Below, one piece after another: positions 11,757-23,390 of a stretch of DNA of 44,915 nt. Origin of the DNA: Octopus bimaculoides (lineage: Eukaryota); the NCBI RefSeq assembly GCF_001194135.2, contig NC_068982.1:17329770-17374684 (forward strand), in the 5' to 3' direction. A model generated the notes under the pieces. It was not told the DNA's origin. It saw nothing but the letters and a program-made list of their open reading frames with translations, and did no database searches. Made by a program: the position numbers and the translations under genes. Positions within the stretch are counted from its first letter, which is position 1. Every line of letters starts with the position of its first letter.

Positions 11757-12426
11757 GTAGGTAGGAGTATTCCTACGATACTCTGATATTCCATAAGTAT
11801 TCTTGAGAATTGGTTGTTTTCCTACGAGCCATTAGCAAACTCTGTAATGTCAGACTTGTTATTCAGGTGTTGTATGTTGCTTATTGTTGATGTTTAACCT
11901 CAGGTTAGCTCTGTTCAAACAGAACTTACGATCAAAGGTATTTCACCTGGACTGTTACATATATTTTTTCTTTCCTATATACATGACTGCATTATTCAGT
12001 GTGTCCTTTCATTTTTTTAAGATGGTAGTATGTGATTTGAGGGAGATGTATCTTCTAATTCTGGCGAATTGTGATTGATAGTAGATGTTGTCGTTCATAT
12101 ACAGTAGTACCGCAGGTGATTTGAGTGAAAATATGATGGCTAGCTTAAGGAAGAAGAGCAAGAAGTTACAAGAGCTTTGCAGAAGCCAGACTGCATAGGC
12201 CATGTCTAATTGTGGGTGGTTTGCTGGGAATAATGATAGCACATTGGATAAAATGCTTTGCTGTATTTAGTGTCATCCCTTTACATTCTGAGTTCAAATC
12301 CAGCTGAGGTTGACTTCGCCTATCATCCTCTGTAGTTGATAAAATAAAGTACCACACAGTTGCTAAATTGGATATAATTGATTTTATTCTCCACTTCCCC
12401 ATCGAATTTGAAGATTTGTACATATA

Positions 12427-12807
12427 GTCGCAGGAGTGGCTGTGTGGTGAGTAGCTTGCTTACCAACCACATGGTCATGGGTTCAGTCCCACTGCATGGC
12501 ACCTTAGGCAAGTGTCTTCTACTATAGTCTCGGGCCAACCAAAGCTTTGTGAGTGGATTTGGTAGACGGAAACTGAAAGAAGCCTGTCATATATATGTAT
12601 AGATATATATGTATGTTTGTGTGTCTGTGTTTGTCCCCCCAACATCGCTTGACAACCGATGCTGGTGTGTTTACGTCAAAAGAGACCGATAGAATAAGTA
12701 CTAGGCTTACAAAGAATAAGTCCTGGGGCCGATTTGTTTGACTAAAGGCGGTTCTCCAACATGGCCGCAGTTAAATGACTGAAACAAGTAAAAGAGTAAA
12801 AGAGAGT
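12427..12807 (+). mobile_element. SINE family A, full-length copy
   Basis: Colinear with 3996-4384. Confidence 0.85.
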
Positions 12808-12870
12808 ATAAGACAATATTTTATTTATTTAATTTTTTTCTTTTTTTGTTTTCATAATATGAAAAATCAG

Positions 12871-13297
12871 AGACTATGAGCGAATCAGATGACTCAAAGA
12901 GTAAGGATTTGACTCAGACACCTCCCAGCAGTGTTGAAATGGAACGATTAGCAGAAGCCATTGACGTACAAACTCTTTCTAGTGATGATTCTTCCCATGT
13001 ATCACCTTTACATTCTGTTTCTAAAGACGGAGATCAGAACTCCCCACAACCCGATGACCAAACAGTTTCGCTTCAAAGTAATTCAGACACTGAAAAAAAC
13101 CACATTGATTCAGCAACAGACAATGTTTCCGTGGCTGAAACATCAAAACCTCAACAACAGCAGCAGCAACAACAACCACAACAACAAGCTGTTTCAGAAA
13201 TAAATGATTCTGATAATCTATTCCTCTCTCAAGATAACAAAGCTCCTGAGATGACTATTAAATATTATCGCTCAGAAGTTCATAAAGTTATTAACAG
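12871..13297 (+). CDS. FHIP2A: FHIP2A-like long low-complexity exon (S/D/Q-rich, polyQ, ends YRSEVHKVIN)
   Basis: aatcag acceptor after a T-rich tract, gtaagg donor, 427 nt, phase 1/2, open over 141 codons. C-terminal EVHKVIN joins SFLCL in the next exon, as in FAM160B EVHKIVNSFLCL. Confidence 0.88.
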
Positions 13298-14324
13298 GTA
13301 AGGACCCCTTTCTTTGATTTAGATGTTGTTTTATAGTTCATAGGTGCAGACACAACCTTATTATTAAGAAGTTTACTTTGCAGTCATGTGACTCTGGGTT
13401 CAGTCCCACTGTTTAGCACTTTAGGTAAGTGTCTTCTGCTACAATGCTTTGGTTTGACCTAAGCCTTGTTAGTGAAATTTGGTAGATGGGAATTGTGCTG
13501 TGGAAGCCCTTCAAATGAACTGTAGCTATTCTGGGGCAAGGAGTGTTTTTTGTTTGTCTCGTGCTAGCATCACTTAAAAAGGATTCAGTACATTCTTTAA
13601 AGTGGTTACCATTAGGAAGAGCATCCAGCCATAGAAACCATGACAAAACAGACAACTGGGGCCTGATGTAGCCCTCTGGCTTGCCATCTCCTGTCAAACT
13701 GTCCAACCCATGCCAGCATGGAAAATGGACGTTAAATGATGATGGTGATGATCATGTATGAAGTGACTTGTGTTTAGAGATGCAGACACGTATGGAAACG
13801 CTGCTTTTCTACCCGACTAAAAGATTTTTAAAAAAAATACAAAACAATAAAGTAGCTCAGTTACTATTACTATTTTAATCATTTCGGCAAATGTAGGAGA
13901 CAACTCCCATACTATTCAAACTCTTATTAGACCTCCTCAATGAAGTATAAATTTCACACTGTACATATTGAAGTAGTGATGAGACAATCATGAAGTAATC
14001 ATGAAAACTAAGCAAACTTAAAAAACTATAAATCACTGAGTTTATCGCTTGAGCATTTAAACCAGCCAAATCTGGCCCAAATATTTCACCTGTGTGAAAT
14101 AAACAGTCACATCATCGAAATCTCAAAGCTATGTGATAATGCAGGATTCATTCAAAATGACATGAATAAATAAACATTAGCGTTACATTTGATAGAGTAA
14201 TCTGGATGTTAAAAGGTTGTTTACTTGGTAATATATATTCTAAGTTCTTACTTTTCAAGCTGTCAGATGAGAGCATGTCACTTCTTGTTATACTTCTATA
14301 AGTTTCTGGTCTTTTTCTTTGTAG

Positions 14325-14415
14325 TTTCTTGTGCCTTTTACCTGAAGATATTAAATCAGCTTTACCTGAAGCAGATAGCGGTTATGATATGTACTTACGG
14401 GATGCTCATAAACAG
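14325..14415 (+). CDS. FHIP2A: FHIP2A-like exon (SFLCLLPEDIKSALPEADSGYDMYLRDAHKQ)
   Basis: ctttgtag acceptor, gtgagg donor, 91 nt, phase 2/0. Motif FLCL.P...KS......GYD.YLRDAH.Q. Confidence 0.95.
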
Positions 14416-15339
14416 GTGAGGTTCTTTTTAAACTGTTTCAGCATCGCAAAAATAAATACCAAAAAGACAAACTTCTCTCTCTCTCTGATTTACTGACCTG
14501 CTCATTCTCTGTCTTTCAGTCACTCTTATTCACTTACCCATATTCTCTCTCTCTTTCTCTCTGCCTCATCCATCTATTCACACTTTCTGTCTTCCATTCT
14601 CCCCCTCACCTTTACTTTACCCATCAGTTCACTTACCCCCCTCTTTCTACATTTCGTTGAGAGACAATTAATAACCTGAAGTGTTATACTTTCAATTTGT
14701 CCCAGCAATTAAACCTATCAGCAACTTTTGAATTCTACTAATTACTTATATTGACTTCAGAGTTGGTGATATCCATACTTTTCTCAGTCAGCTCATGAGA
14801 AGACTTGTGTTCAATACCATAAGTCATCAAAACACTCTCCACTCTTACTGTGCACCCCTTGAATTATATTTTGCCTCTTGATATCCTAAACCACCTTGGT
14901 TAATGTTCCCCTCTTGGCTGAAGGGGTTCTTATCTTGCAAGTTGCTCAGTAACCCTGTTGGTGCTGGAGCCACGTAAAAACCACCTGTGTCTGTGCCATG
15001 TAAAAGGTACCTGTGCCAGCACCACATAAAAAGCACCCAGTACACTCTGTGAAGTGGTTGGCATTAGGAAGGGCATCCAACTGTAGAAACCAAGCCAAAG
15101 CACATGACTGGAAGCTAATGCAGCTCTCCTGCTTGTCAGCATAGAAAACAGATATTAAATGATAATGATGATGGTGTTCCTATTTGCTTTTGGACAGAAT
15201 TTGGCTGTTGAGAATTCACTGTCTTTGTCATGGACACAATGCAACATTGAATCTGTGATATCAACCATTGAGCCTTTGACTAGATACTTTTACCACCTGT
15301 GCTTTGAGATACAGCAAGATTGTCAACTTTACAATATTA

Positions 15340-15552
15340 CCACACCAGTACCGCCGGACTGGCCCTCGTGCTGGCAGCACGTAAAAGGCACCCACTACAC
15401 TCTCGGAGTGGTTGGCATTAGGAAGGGCATCCAGCTGTAGAAACTCTGCCAGATCAGATAGGAGTCTGGTGTAGCCATCTGGTTCGCCAGTCACCAGTCA
15501 AATCGTCCAACCCATGCTAGCATGGAAAGCGGACGTTAAATGATGATGATGG
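15340..15552 (+). mobile_element. Retroposon family D (SINE body or LINE 3' tail ending in (ATG)n), representative copy. Other + copies at about 6050-6190, 8265-8550, 9470-9670, 13560-13750, 14950-15175, 21020-21250, 23050-23520, 28550-28745, 30905-31045 and 41610-41822
   Basis: Shared core ggttggc.ttaggaagggcatccagctgtagaaac...ccaacccatgccagcatggaaa..ggacgttaaatgatgatgat. Confidence 0.8.
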
Positions 15553-16199
15553 TGTTAGACAGGCTTGAAACCTTGTATAAAAGAAAAGGAAACTTCTGAG
15601 AGTTTTAATTGCAAAATACCACTATGATTAAGATAAGAGACATACTTCACAATGTAGAGGCGTTGGGTACCAGAAAAACTTGCTGTAACACAGAATTCTG
15701 TATTGTGAAGCCTATTTTCTCATTGACATCCATGTTATATAACATGAAAATCAATAGAACAAAATAGGTTTCACATTTTAGAATTCCATCTTATTCCTTT
15801 AGCATTCAGCTCTGTGAAATGTAATGCTTATTTGTTCACATTGTTTGGAATTAATCATGCATTTTCTTTTAGCTTCAACATTTTGATGATGTGATTGTTT
15901 ATTTTTAGAATGACATTGTAGGGTAGGTGTGAGAGGTTGGATCTGGCTGGTTTGAACATGAAACAGGTTGAATATTTGGGTTGGATATGGCTGATCTAAA
16001 TATTAAAGGGTCAAATGAAGGTTTTTCAGGAAAGCAATACTTCTGCAGTGCAGGAAAGATACTTGTATATGCTTTGTTTTTTTAAAAAAGATTTTATAAT
16101 GTCAATGCACCTCTGTGCTCAACTGGTTGTTATTTTTTAGCCATGAGTCAGCACTGTTCAAAAAGTATTATAACTGAAGTTATTCCGTTGTTTTTGTTC

Positions 16200-16439
16200 T
16201 CTTTTTTTATCCCAAAGATAGTGTATTTAAACTGGCCTTATCCAGCAAAAATGATCACCTTGTATTATCTTCAAATTGGCCTGGTCCAGCCTCTCACACT
16301 TACCCTACAATATTATTCTGAAAATAAACAATTGCATCATTAAAATCTCAAAGCTACAAGATAATGCATGACTGATTTAAATCAATGTGAATAAATAAGT
16401 ATCACATTTGACAAAACAATATGAATGCTAAAGGGTTAA
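16200..16439. mobile_element. piggyBac-like MITE family. Same-orientation copy at about 14040-14218, inverted copy at about 15793-16015
   Basis: Terminus aatgctaaagggTTAA (CCCT TIR with TTAA target). The three copies align over about 180-220 bp. Confidence 0.65.
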
Positions 16440-16556
16440 GTCTCTCTTAAAACCATAGGGAAATTTCACTGCTATTTCCAGCAAGTTAAGCAACTGCTCA
16501 GTGGTTTCTACATTAGATATGTTTATGTTTGTGCTTTGTCTATTAAATATTTTTAT

Positions 16557-16958
16557 TCTCTCTTTTACTCTCTTTTACTTGTTTCAGTCATTTTGACTGT
16601 GGCCATGCTGGAGCACCGCCTTTTAGTCGAGCAGATCGACCTCAGTACTTATTCTTTGTAAGCCTAGTACTTATTCTATCGGTCTGTTTTGCCAAACCGC
16701 TAAGTTACGGGTACGTAAACACACCACCATCGGTTGTCAAGCGATGTTGGGGAGACAAACAGACACACAAACACACACACACATATACATATATACGACG
16801 GGCTTCTTTCAGTTTCCGTCTACCAAATCCACTCACAAGGCTTTGGTCAGCCCTAGGCTATAGTAGAAGACACTTGCCCAAAGTGCCACGCAGTGGGACT
16901 GAACCCAGAACTATATGGTTAGTAAGCAAGCTACTTACCACACAGCCACTCCTATGCC
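16557..16958 (-). mobile_element. SINE family A, full-length copy
   Basis: Reverse complement of the 3996/12427 copies. Confidence 0.85.
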
Positions 16959-17010
16959 TATTGTATAACTTTTGAAATTTATTTGTTTTCTTTTATTCTA
17001 AATTGGACAG

Positions 17011-17148
17011 TTTAAGTCTTATGAAAACATGTGCCAAGACTGGAAATGGCCTAATCAAATGGATTGCAGTACAGAATCAGACCATGGCTTTTACGAAGGT
17101 GCTTTTCTTCAGATGTTATTTTCAAAAGTCTCTCAGATGCTGCATCAG
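17011..17148 (+). CDS. FHIP2A: FHIP2A-like exon (FKSYENMCQDWKWP...GFYEGAFLQMLFSKVSQMLHQ)
   Basis: ggacag acceptor, gtttgt donor, 138 nt, phase 0/0. Motifs W.WP and F.EG.FL..LF. Confidence 0.93.
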
Positions 17149-18033
17149 GTTTGTTGATTCTTTTTCTTTTTAATTGACTTAATTTTTTTAACATCTTATT
17201 AAAATTTTTAGCACCATCCGAGCAGATTGCGTATTGTAGAAGCATAACCAATTTATTTTGCATAAATTTTAACAGCAAAATCTTATGCGGACCCCAGTTG
17301 AGGACCACTGACATAGTGGAACTGAACTTGAAACTGCTTGGTTGGGAAGCAAACTAGTCAACCACATGCCCATGCCAGTGATGCTAATTATAGGGCTGAG
17401 GGAAAATATCTCAGGGGAATGTGCTGCATACTAAATGTTTATTTGATAGTATCTAACTTATGTAATTTAGTGAGTTGGAAAAAATTCTTTCAATTAAGAT
17501 TATTCTTAATGTCAATGAGCAAAGGACATAGCTCTGATAATATCAGCCAATTAGCATTTATAGAAAATAAAGATGATGCAGGTAGTGTTTCATCTGACTA
17601 CAGTATTTATTATTTGTTAGATAGATTAATTCAAGCAGAGTTATGTGCCTTGCTCAGCAATACAAGACAGCGAGCGTAGTAAGTAGGTTTGAACTTACCA
17701 CCAGATGGTTAGTTGCTTAGCAACTTAACGTCGCAACCATGTGTATATGTATGTATGTGTGTATGTATATATTATATTAGTGGATAAAGGACAACAAAAA
17801 CCAAGGCAAGACAAGTATCTCGAGTCATTTAGAATAATTAGGGTAAAGTGAATTTGAAGTCTTACAGCTGTTTCTGAGATATCCCAAGTGATAGGCTAGC
17901 ATGTCCATGCACTGGGTATTCCCTCATCAGAGACAAGGTGAGTATGTTTGAAAGTTTTAGACAGGGAAATTCACAGTTTGTAAGGAATAAGGTAGAATAT
18001 TAAAAATAAGGATTACTCCCAAGTAGCAATAGC

Positions 18034-18072
<39 letters not shown>

Positions 18073-18229
18073 TGATAAACATAAATCAAAATACATTAGT
18101 TTCATATGCCTTGAAAGCTTAAAATATAAATGTTGAAGTATATCAATTCCAAAAAGATTTTAAAATGAACTAACCTTTAATGTTTACTCAGGAAGAGAAT
18201 TTTCTTTATAAAGACTGGCACCTATTTTA

Positions 18230-18495
18230 TTGGTCTCTTTTGCTGAAGCACTAAGTTACTGGAATGTAAATAAATCAATGCTAGTTGTCAGGCTGTGCAG
18301 GGTGGACACAGACACAAAGTTACACACACACACACATGATGGGCTTCCACAGAGTTTCTGTCTACCAAATTCATTCATATGGCATTGGTTGGCCCAGGGC
18401 TGTAGCAGAAGACCCTTGCTCAAGGTGCCATGCAGTGGGGCTGAACCAGAAACCACATGATTGAAAAGTGAGCTTCTTAGCCACAAGGCCAAGCC
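18230..18495 (-). mobile_element. SINE family A, old degraded copy. Other degraded or partial copies at about 1086-1130, 2390-2590, 5440-5590, 7140-7290, 13350-13500 and 43700-43810
   Basis: Recognisable modules gggcttccacagagtttc..., gacccttgctcaaggtgccatgcagtggggctgaacc. Confidence 0.6.
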
Positions 18496-18851
18496 TTTGC
18501 CTTTTTGAAAATTGATCTTAGTATGACTATTAGACAGAATATATTTGGACTTTTGTGAATAAGCATATCAAAATGAGCAATCATTGTTGAATTTTAATCT
18601 ACAAATATAAAGCATTGGAGATAAAGTATTATGGCCTCTGACAATTATGTGGCACTAAAATGTGACACGCAAACTAGAAAGTAGTGCCTCTTTGTAGTTT
18701 CTGCTGCTTCTTTACATTTTACATTTAAATGCTGTTGGAGATAACTTATCCTTTCTTTGATAAAATTAGTGAATTCAGTTAAACATGTTGACCTCTTCCT
18801 TGTAGAATTATGACCAGTTACCAATCTAAAACACTCCTATTCTTTTTACAG

Positions 18852-18992
18852 AGTTATGCTGTGAACCTTCAAGTTACATCTGTGATCTCTCGTCTATGTC
18901 TGTTTCCTCAGCCAGTTTTGCATGACTTTTTCTTGGATCCTGCTCTGCCAGTAACAAAAGATATTAAATTATTATATTCAGTCTTGCAAAAG
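18852..18992 (+). CDS. FHIP2A: FHIP2A-like exon (SYAVNLQVTSVISRLCLFPQPVLHDFFLDP...YSVLQK)
   Basis: tttacag acceptor, gtcagt donor, 141 nt, phase 0/0. Motif Y.VNLQVTSV.SRL.LFP.P. Confidence 0.95.
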
Positions 18993-19094
18993 GTCAGTAT
19001 CTCAACACTTAATTTCGTCTGTTGTCATCAACTTTATCACTGATATTGTCATTGTTATCATCATCATCATCATCGTTTAACGTCCGCTTTCCAG

Positions 19095-19268
19095 TCTTTT
19101 ACTTGTTTCAGTCATTTGACTGCGGCCATGCTTTGTAAGCCTAGTACTTATTCTATCAGTCTCTTTGGCCAAACCGCTAAGTTTGGGGATGTAAACACAC
19201 CACCATCGGTTGTCAAGCGATGTTGGGGTGACAAACACAGATACACAAACATATACACACACACACAT

Positions 19269-19314
<46 letters not shown>

Positions 19315-19474
19315 GACGGACTTCTTTCAGTTTCCGTCTAACAAATCCACTCAAGGTTTTGGTCGGCCTGAGGCTATAGTAGAAGACACTTGCACAACGT
19401 GCCACGCAGTGGGACTGAACCCAGAACCATGTGGTTGGTAAGCAAGCTACTTACCACACAGCCACTCCTGTGCC
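19095..19474 (-). mobile_element. SINE family A, full-length copy with expanded (CA)n(TA)n
   Basis: Reverse complement of the family A consensus. Confidence 0.85.
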
Positions 19475-19883
19475 TATATATATATATATTTATATATATA
19501 TCATCATCCAGTGTTTTAAATCCTTCATCTAAAATTTGAGGTTCACTCACTGATTATAAGCAATGGCTTTGTTAATACGTTGTTCACTTGCAGTCTACCA
19601 CAAAGGCATGTTCGGGCTGTTGTTTGATAGACATTTGATTATCTCACCTGCAAACATGTTGGATCTTGGTGACAGATCATCTGGCTATAAGAAACAATGC
19701 CCCACTATACCCTCTTCTGCCCTAAGCAAACATGGAAAAGTAAATGTTGAAACAGTGGTAGAATAGTGGTGGTGATATGTGTATGTGTTTACATATACAC
19801 ATATGTATATACACAGTAAATACAATGTAGATTAATTAATCATTTCTAATTGGTATCTTTATTTAATTCTGTTTTCTTTGTAG

Positions 19884-19987
19884 GTTGTTAGTGATATAAA
19901 ATCCAGGAAAAAATCAAAGGCAAACTTCTCTCAGATGCTTCAAACTACTCGCAAGCTATTGATTAATGAGCATAAAACCATAGACAG
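19884..19987 (+). CDS. FHIP2A: FHIP2A-like exon (VVSDIKSRKKSKANFSQMLQTTRKLLINEHKTID)
   Basis: ctttgtag acceptor, gtaagc donor, 104 nt, phase 0/2. Its position and phase fit the V.D...R....NF...L...RK.L region. Confidence 0.88.
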
Positions 19988-21708
19988 GTAAGCAACTACC
20001 TTCGTCGCCTTTCTGAGCATGTTAGTTCCTTTGACATGCTTACAAGAATGTCTCTCTTTATTGCTACTAATTACTTTTTGGCATGCATCATTCAACTGAT
20101 GTCAGCAACATGGTACTGAATGTGATTTAGAAGTGTCAGGGAAGAAAGATGAATGTAAACCAAATTTATTTAGTGTTTTGATAAACTTTTATTTTTGAAG
20201 TATTCTGAATGAAAAGAAAACATTTATGGAAAATGAAATACTTATACTCAAAGAGTGAGAAATTTTAATAACATATATTAAATAGTTATTAGATATGTTC
20301 TGTATGTTTTGGTTGTGAGGTTTCAAATTGATAAAACTAAGGGCTCCATTAACAAAAATCAGTATTTAGGCAATATGAAATTGAAGCTTGAACTTGAATT
20401 GAAATTCAACAATACAGTGGGGTTCTTTTTCGTACTATCCACCTTTATGTCTTGTTTATTGAATACACTACTGGACCAGTTATCTTGCAATCTTTATCAT
20501 CATCATAGTTTACTGTTCACCTTCCATGCTGGCATGGGTTGGACGATTTGACAGGGGCAGGCTAGGCAGGAGCCTGCACCAGACTTCTGTGTTTGTTTTG
20601 GCAGGTTTTTTATGGCTGGATACCCTTCCTAACACCAACCACCCAGCAGAGTGGACTGAGTGCTTTTTACGTGGCACAAGCGCAGGTGAGGTCAGTTTGG
20701 CATGGTTTTTACAACTGGATGACCTTCCGAACACCAACCACTTTACAGTGTGGGCCGGATGCTTTTTAAGTGGCACCAGCATTGGTAGGGTCACCAAGTA
20801 ACTTGCAAGACAAAGATCCCTTGGGAAGGGAGGGGATCCTTTCGAGCGTTGGACCTCGTGGAGGCAAAGTGGCTGAGTTCCTTTTGAGTGTTGGGCCACA
20901 TGGAGGCAATGACTGAAACTTTTGGCATTATGTCATGCTTAAGAAGAAGACCCATCAAACTGAGCAAAATCACAGTTGTGGCAGATACCGGTGTCACACA
21001 AATTGGCACACATACCATTGGCATGTAAAAGCACCCAGGTGTTGTGCAAATGGCACCTGTGCTGGTGGCATGTAAAAGCACCCATTACACTCTTGGAGTG
21101 GTTGGCGTTAGCAAAGGCATCCGACCCTAGAAAACCATGCCAAATCAGACTGGAGTCTGGTGCAGCCTTCCAGCTTACCAGCCCTGGTCAAACCATCCAA
21201 CCCATGCCAACATAGACAATGGATGTTAAATGATGATGATGATGATGATTACACAGTATTCCCGGATTTCTGGAAATTCTGGATTTCTTGAAGGTAAATA
21301 AGAGGTCCGGTACTGTATTAGTTTAAGTTTGAATTTCAATTTCATATTTAAAAGAAAATCTTAGAGTTAAATGTTTTTCCTCTCTTGGGTTTTAGTCTAG
21401 AAAAACATTGGAATTCTAAAGTTGAGAAATTTGTCATTTTGTTTTTTTATTTTATAAGTTTGATAGCAATAAAGTTTGTAAATCTTAAGAGAATTAAAAA
21501 ATGCTCAAGAATATAGCAGTTATTTTGGCATTTAGTTTCCTAAATACCAATGATGACTCAGTTGATTTTTTTTTTTACTATGTTATAATAGCATGCCCAT
21601 ATCATATCTTTTTTGGTTCTGCATGTTTAAATAGTTTTTTTTTTCTTTTTCTTTGTCATGTTGATATGTGAATAAATTTTCTTTTTTTTTTACTTTCAAT
21701 CTGTTCAA

Positions 21709-22154
21709 CAGAGCTGACCAGAAACCCTAGCATGCCTGGCAAAATGCTTAGCGGTATTTCATCTGTCTTTATGTTCTGAGTTCAAATTCCGTCAAGGTTG
21801 ACTTTGCCTTTCATCCTTTCGAGGTTGATAACTTAAGTACCAGTTGCATACTGAGGTCAGTCAAACTGACTGGACCCTCCCCATACATTTTGGACCTTGT
21901 GCCTAGAGTAGAAAAGAATATTAAATTCAAGGAAGGCGGTGATCTGACAGAAATGTTAGCATGCCGGGCAAAATGCTTAGTGGTATTTTGTCTGTCTTTA
22001 CATTCTGAGTTCAAATTCTGCAGAGGTCGACTTTGCCTTTCATCCTTTCAGGGTCAATGAATTAAGTACCAGTTACATACAGAGGTCAATCTAATCGACT
22101 GTTCCCCCCCACAAAAAAAAAAAAAATTCAGGCCTTGTGCCTAAAGTAAAAAAG
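21709..22154 (+). mobile_element. SINE family B head-to-tail dimer flanked by an 11-bp direct repeat
   Basis: Two monomers. AATCTGTTCAA at 21698-21708 and at 22155-22165. Confidence 0.8.
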
Positions 22155-23157
22155 AATCTGTTCAAGCAGGTTTTCCCCTCCCCCTCTGATAAGGATTATA
22201 AGGGGGTTTTATGAGCTTCTGTCACTTCGTAGTCTTTATATTATTCATAATTATGTCATCTTAACTTCTTTTGATCCAGGTAAAAATTACTAAGGTTTAA
22301 AAATTTATTTATTTATTTCATTTAGGTGCATAAAAATCAATATTTTTGTTTCTTTGAATGCCAGTGACATTATCATCATCATCATCATCGTTTAACGTCC
22401 GTTTTCCATGCTGGCATGGGTTGAACGGTTTGACCAGAGACTGGCAAGCCAGGAGGCCACACCAGGCTCCAATCTGATCTGGTAACATTTCTACAGCTGG
22501 ATGCCCTTCTTAACGCCAGCCACTCCTAGAATGTAATGGGTCCTTTTTACGTGCCACCAGTGCAGGAGCTAGTCAGGGGGCACTGGCATCGGCTACGTTT
22601 CGATGGTGCTTTTTACGTGCCACTGGCACAGGAGCCAGTCAGTGGGGCTGGCATCGACCACGTCCGGATGGTGCTTTTTATGTGCCACTTACATTAATGT
22701 TTTTTTTAATCCAATGGACTGCTTGCCTCACCATATTATCTCCCTGGGATTAAGCTTCTAGAACCTAAATAGGTTCCATTTATAATTAACAGATTAGAAT
22801 TACATTACTCTTCCTCTTTCCTGCCTCCTCCATTACCCTCCACCCATCCAACACCACGTCCTCTGTTATTCCCCCCACTACCATCCTCTCATAACAATAA
22901 ACCTAATCCATCCATGATGGTTGATGGGCTTTGTTTTGCCTTGTTAGCTACAAGGTGACCCCCACCAGTGCTGGTCCGTCAAAAGTACCCAGTACACTCT
23001 GTACGTGATTGATAAACCAAATCAGGCAAAAACAAGACAAGGTCTTAAGAAGACCCCTAAGTTGTGCTGGTACCTTGATGAAATGCACCCAATACACTCT
23101 GCAAAGTGGTTAATGCTTGGAAGGGCGCCCAGTCATAGAAACAATGCAAAAGTGATG

Positions 23158-23390
23158 AAGGTGACGAGCTGGCAGAAACGTTAGCACGCCGGACGAAATG
23201 CTGAGCAGTATTTTGTCTGCCATTACGTTCTGAGTTCAAATTTCGCCAAAGTCGACTTAGCCTTTCATCCTTTCAGGGTCGATGAATTAAGTACCAGTTA
23301 CGCACTGCGGTCAATGTAATCAACTTAATCCCTTTGTCTGTCCTTGTTTGTCCCCTCTATGTTTAGCCCCTTGTGGGCAATAAAGAAATA
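23158..23390 (+). mobile_element. SINE family B, full-length, nested in a family D copy. Degraded B copies also at about 7360-7500, 10320-10440 and 12215-12360
   Basis: Family B consensus, with family D sequence on both sides. Confidence 0.85.

Noticed and set aside
11757-11764. Alternative donor at 11761 (AG|gtagga)
   Set aside because: It gives phase 2, which is incompatible with the 12871 acceptor. The 11757 donor fits the chain.
15198-15345. Possible extra exon after ttttggacag (NLAVENSLSLSWTQ...)
   Set aside because: No convincing donor, no FAM160B similarity, and it runs into a SINE. The flanking exons join in phase without it.
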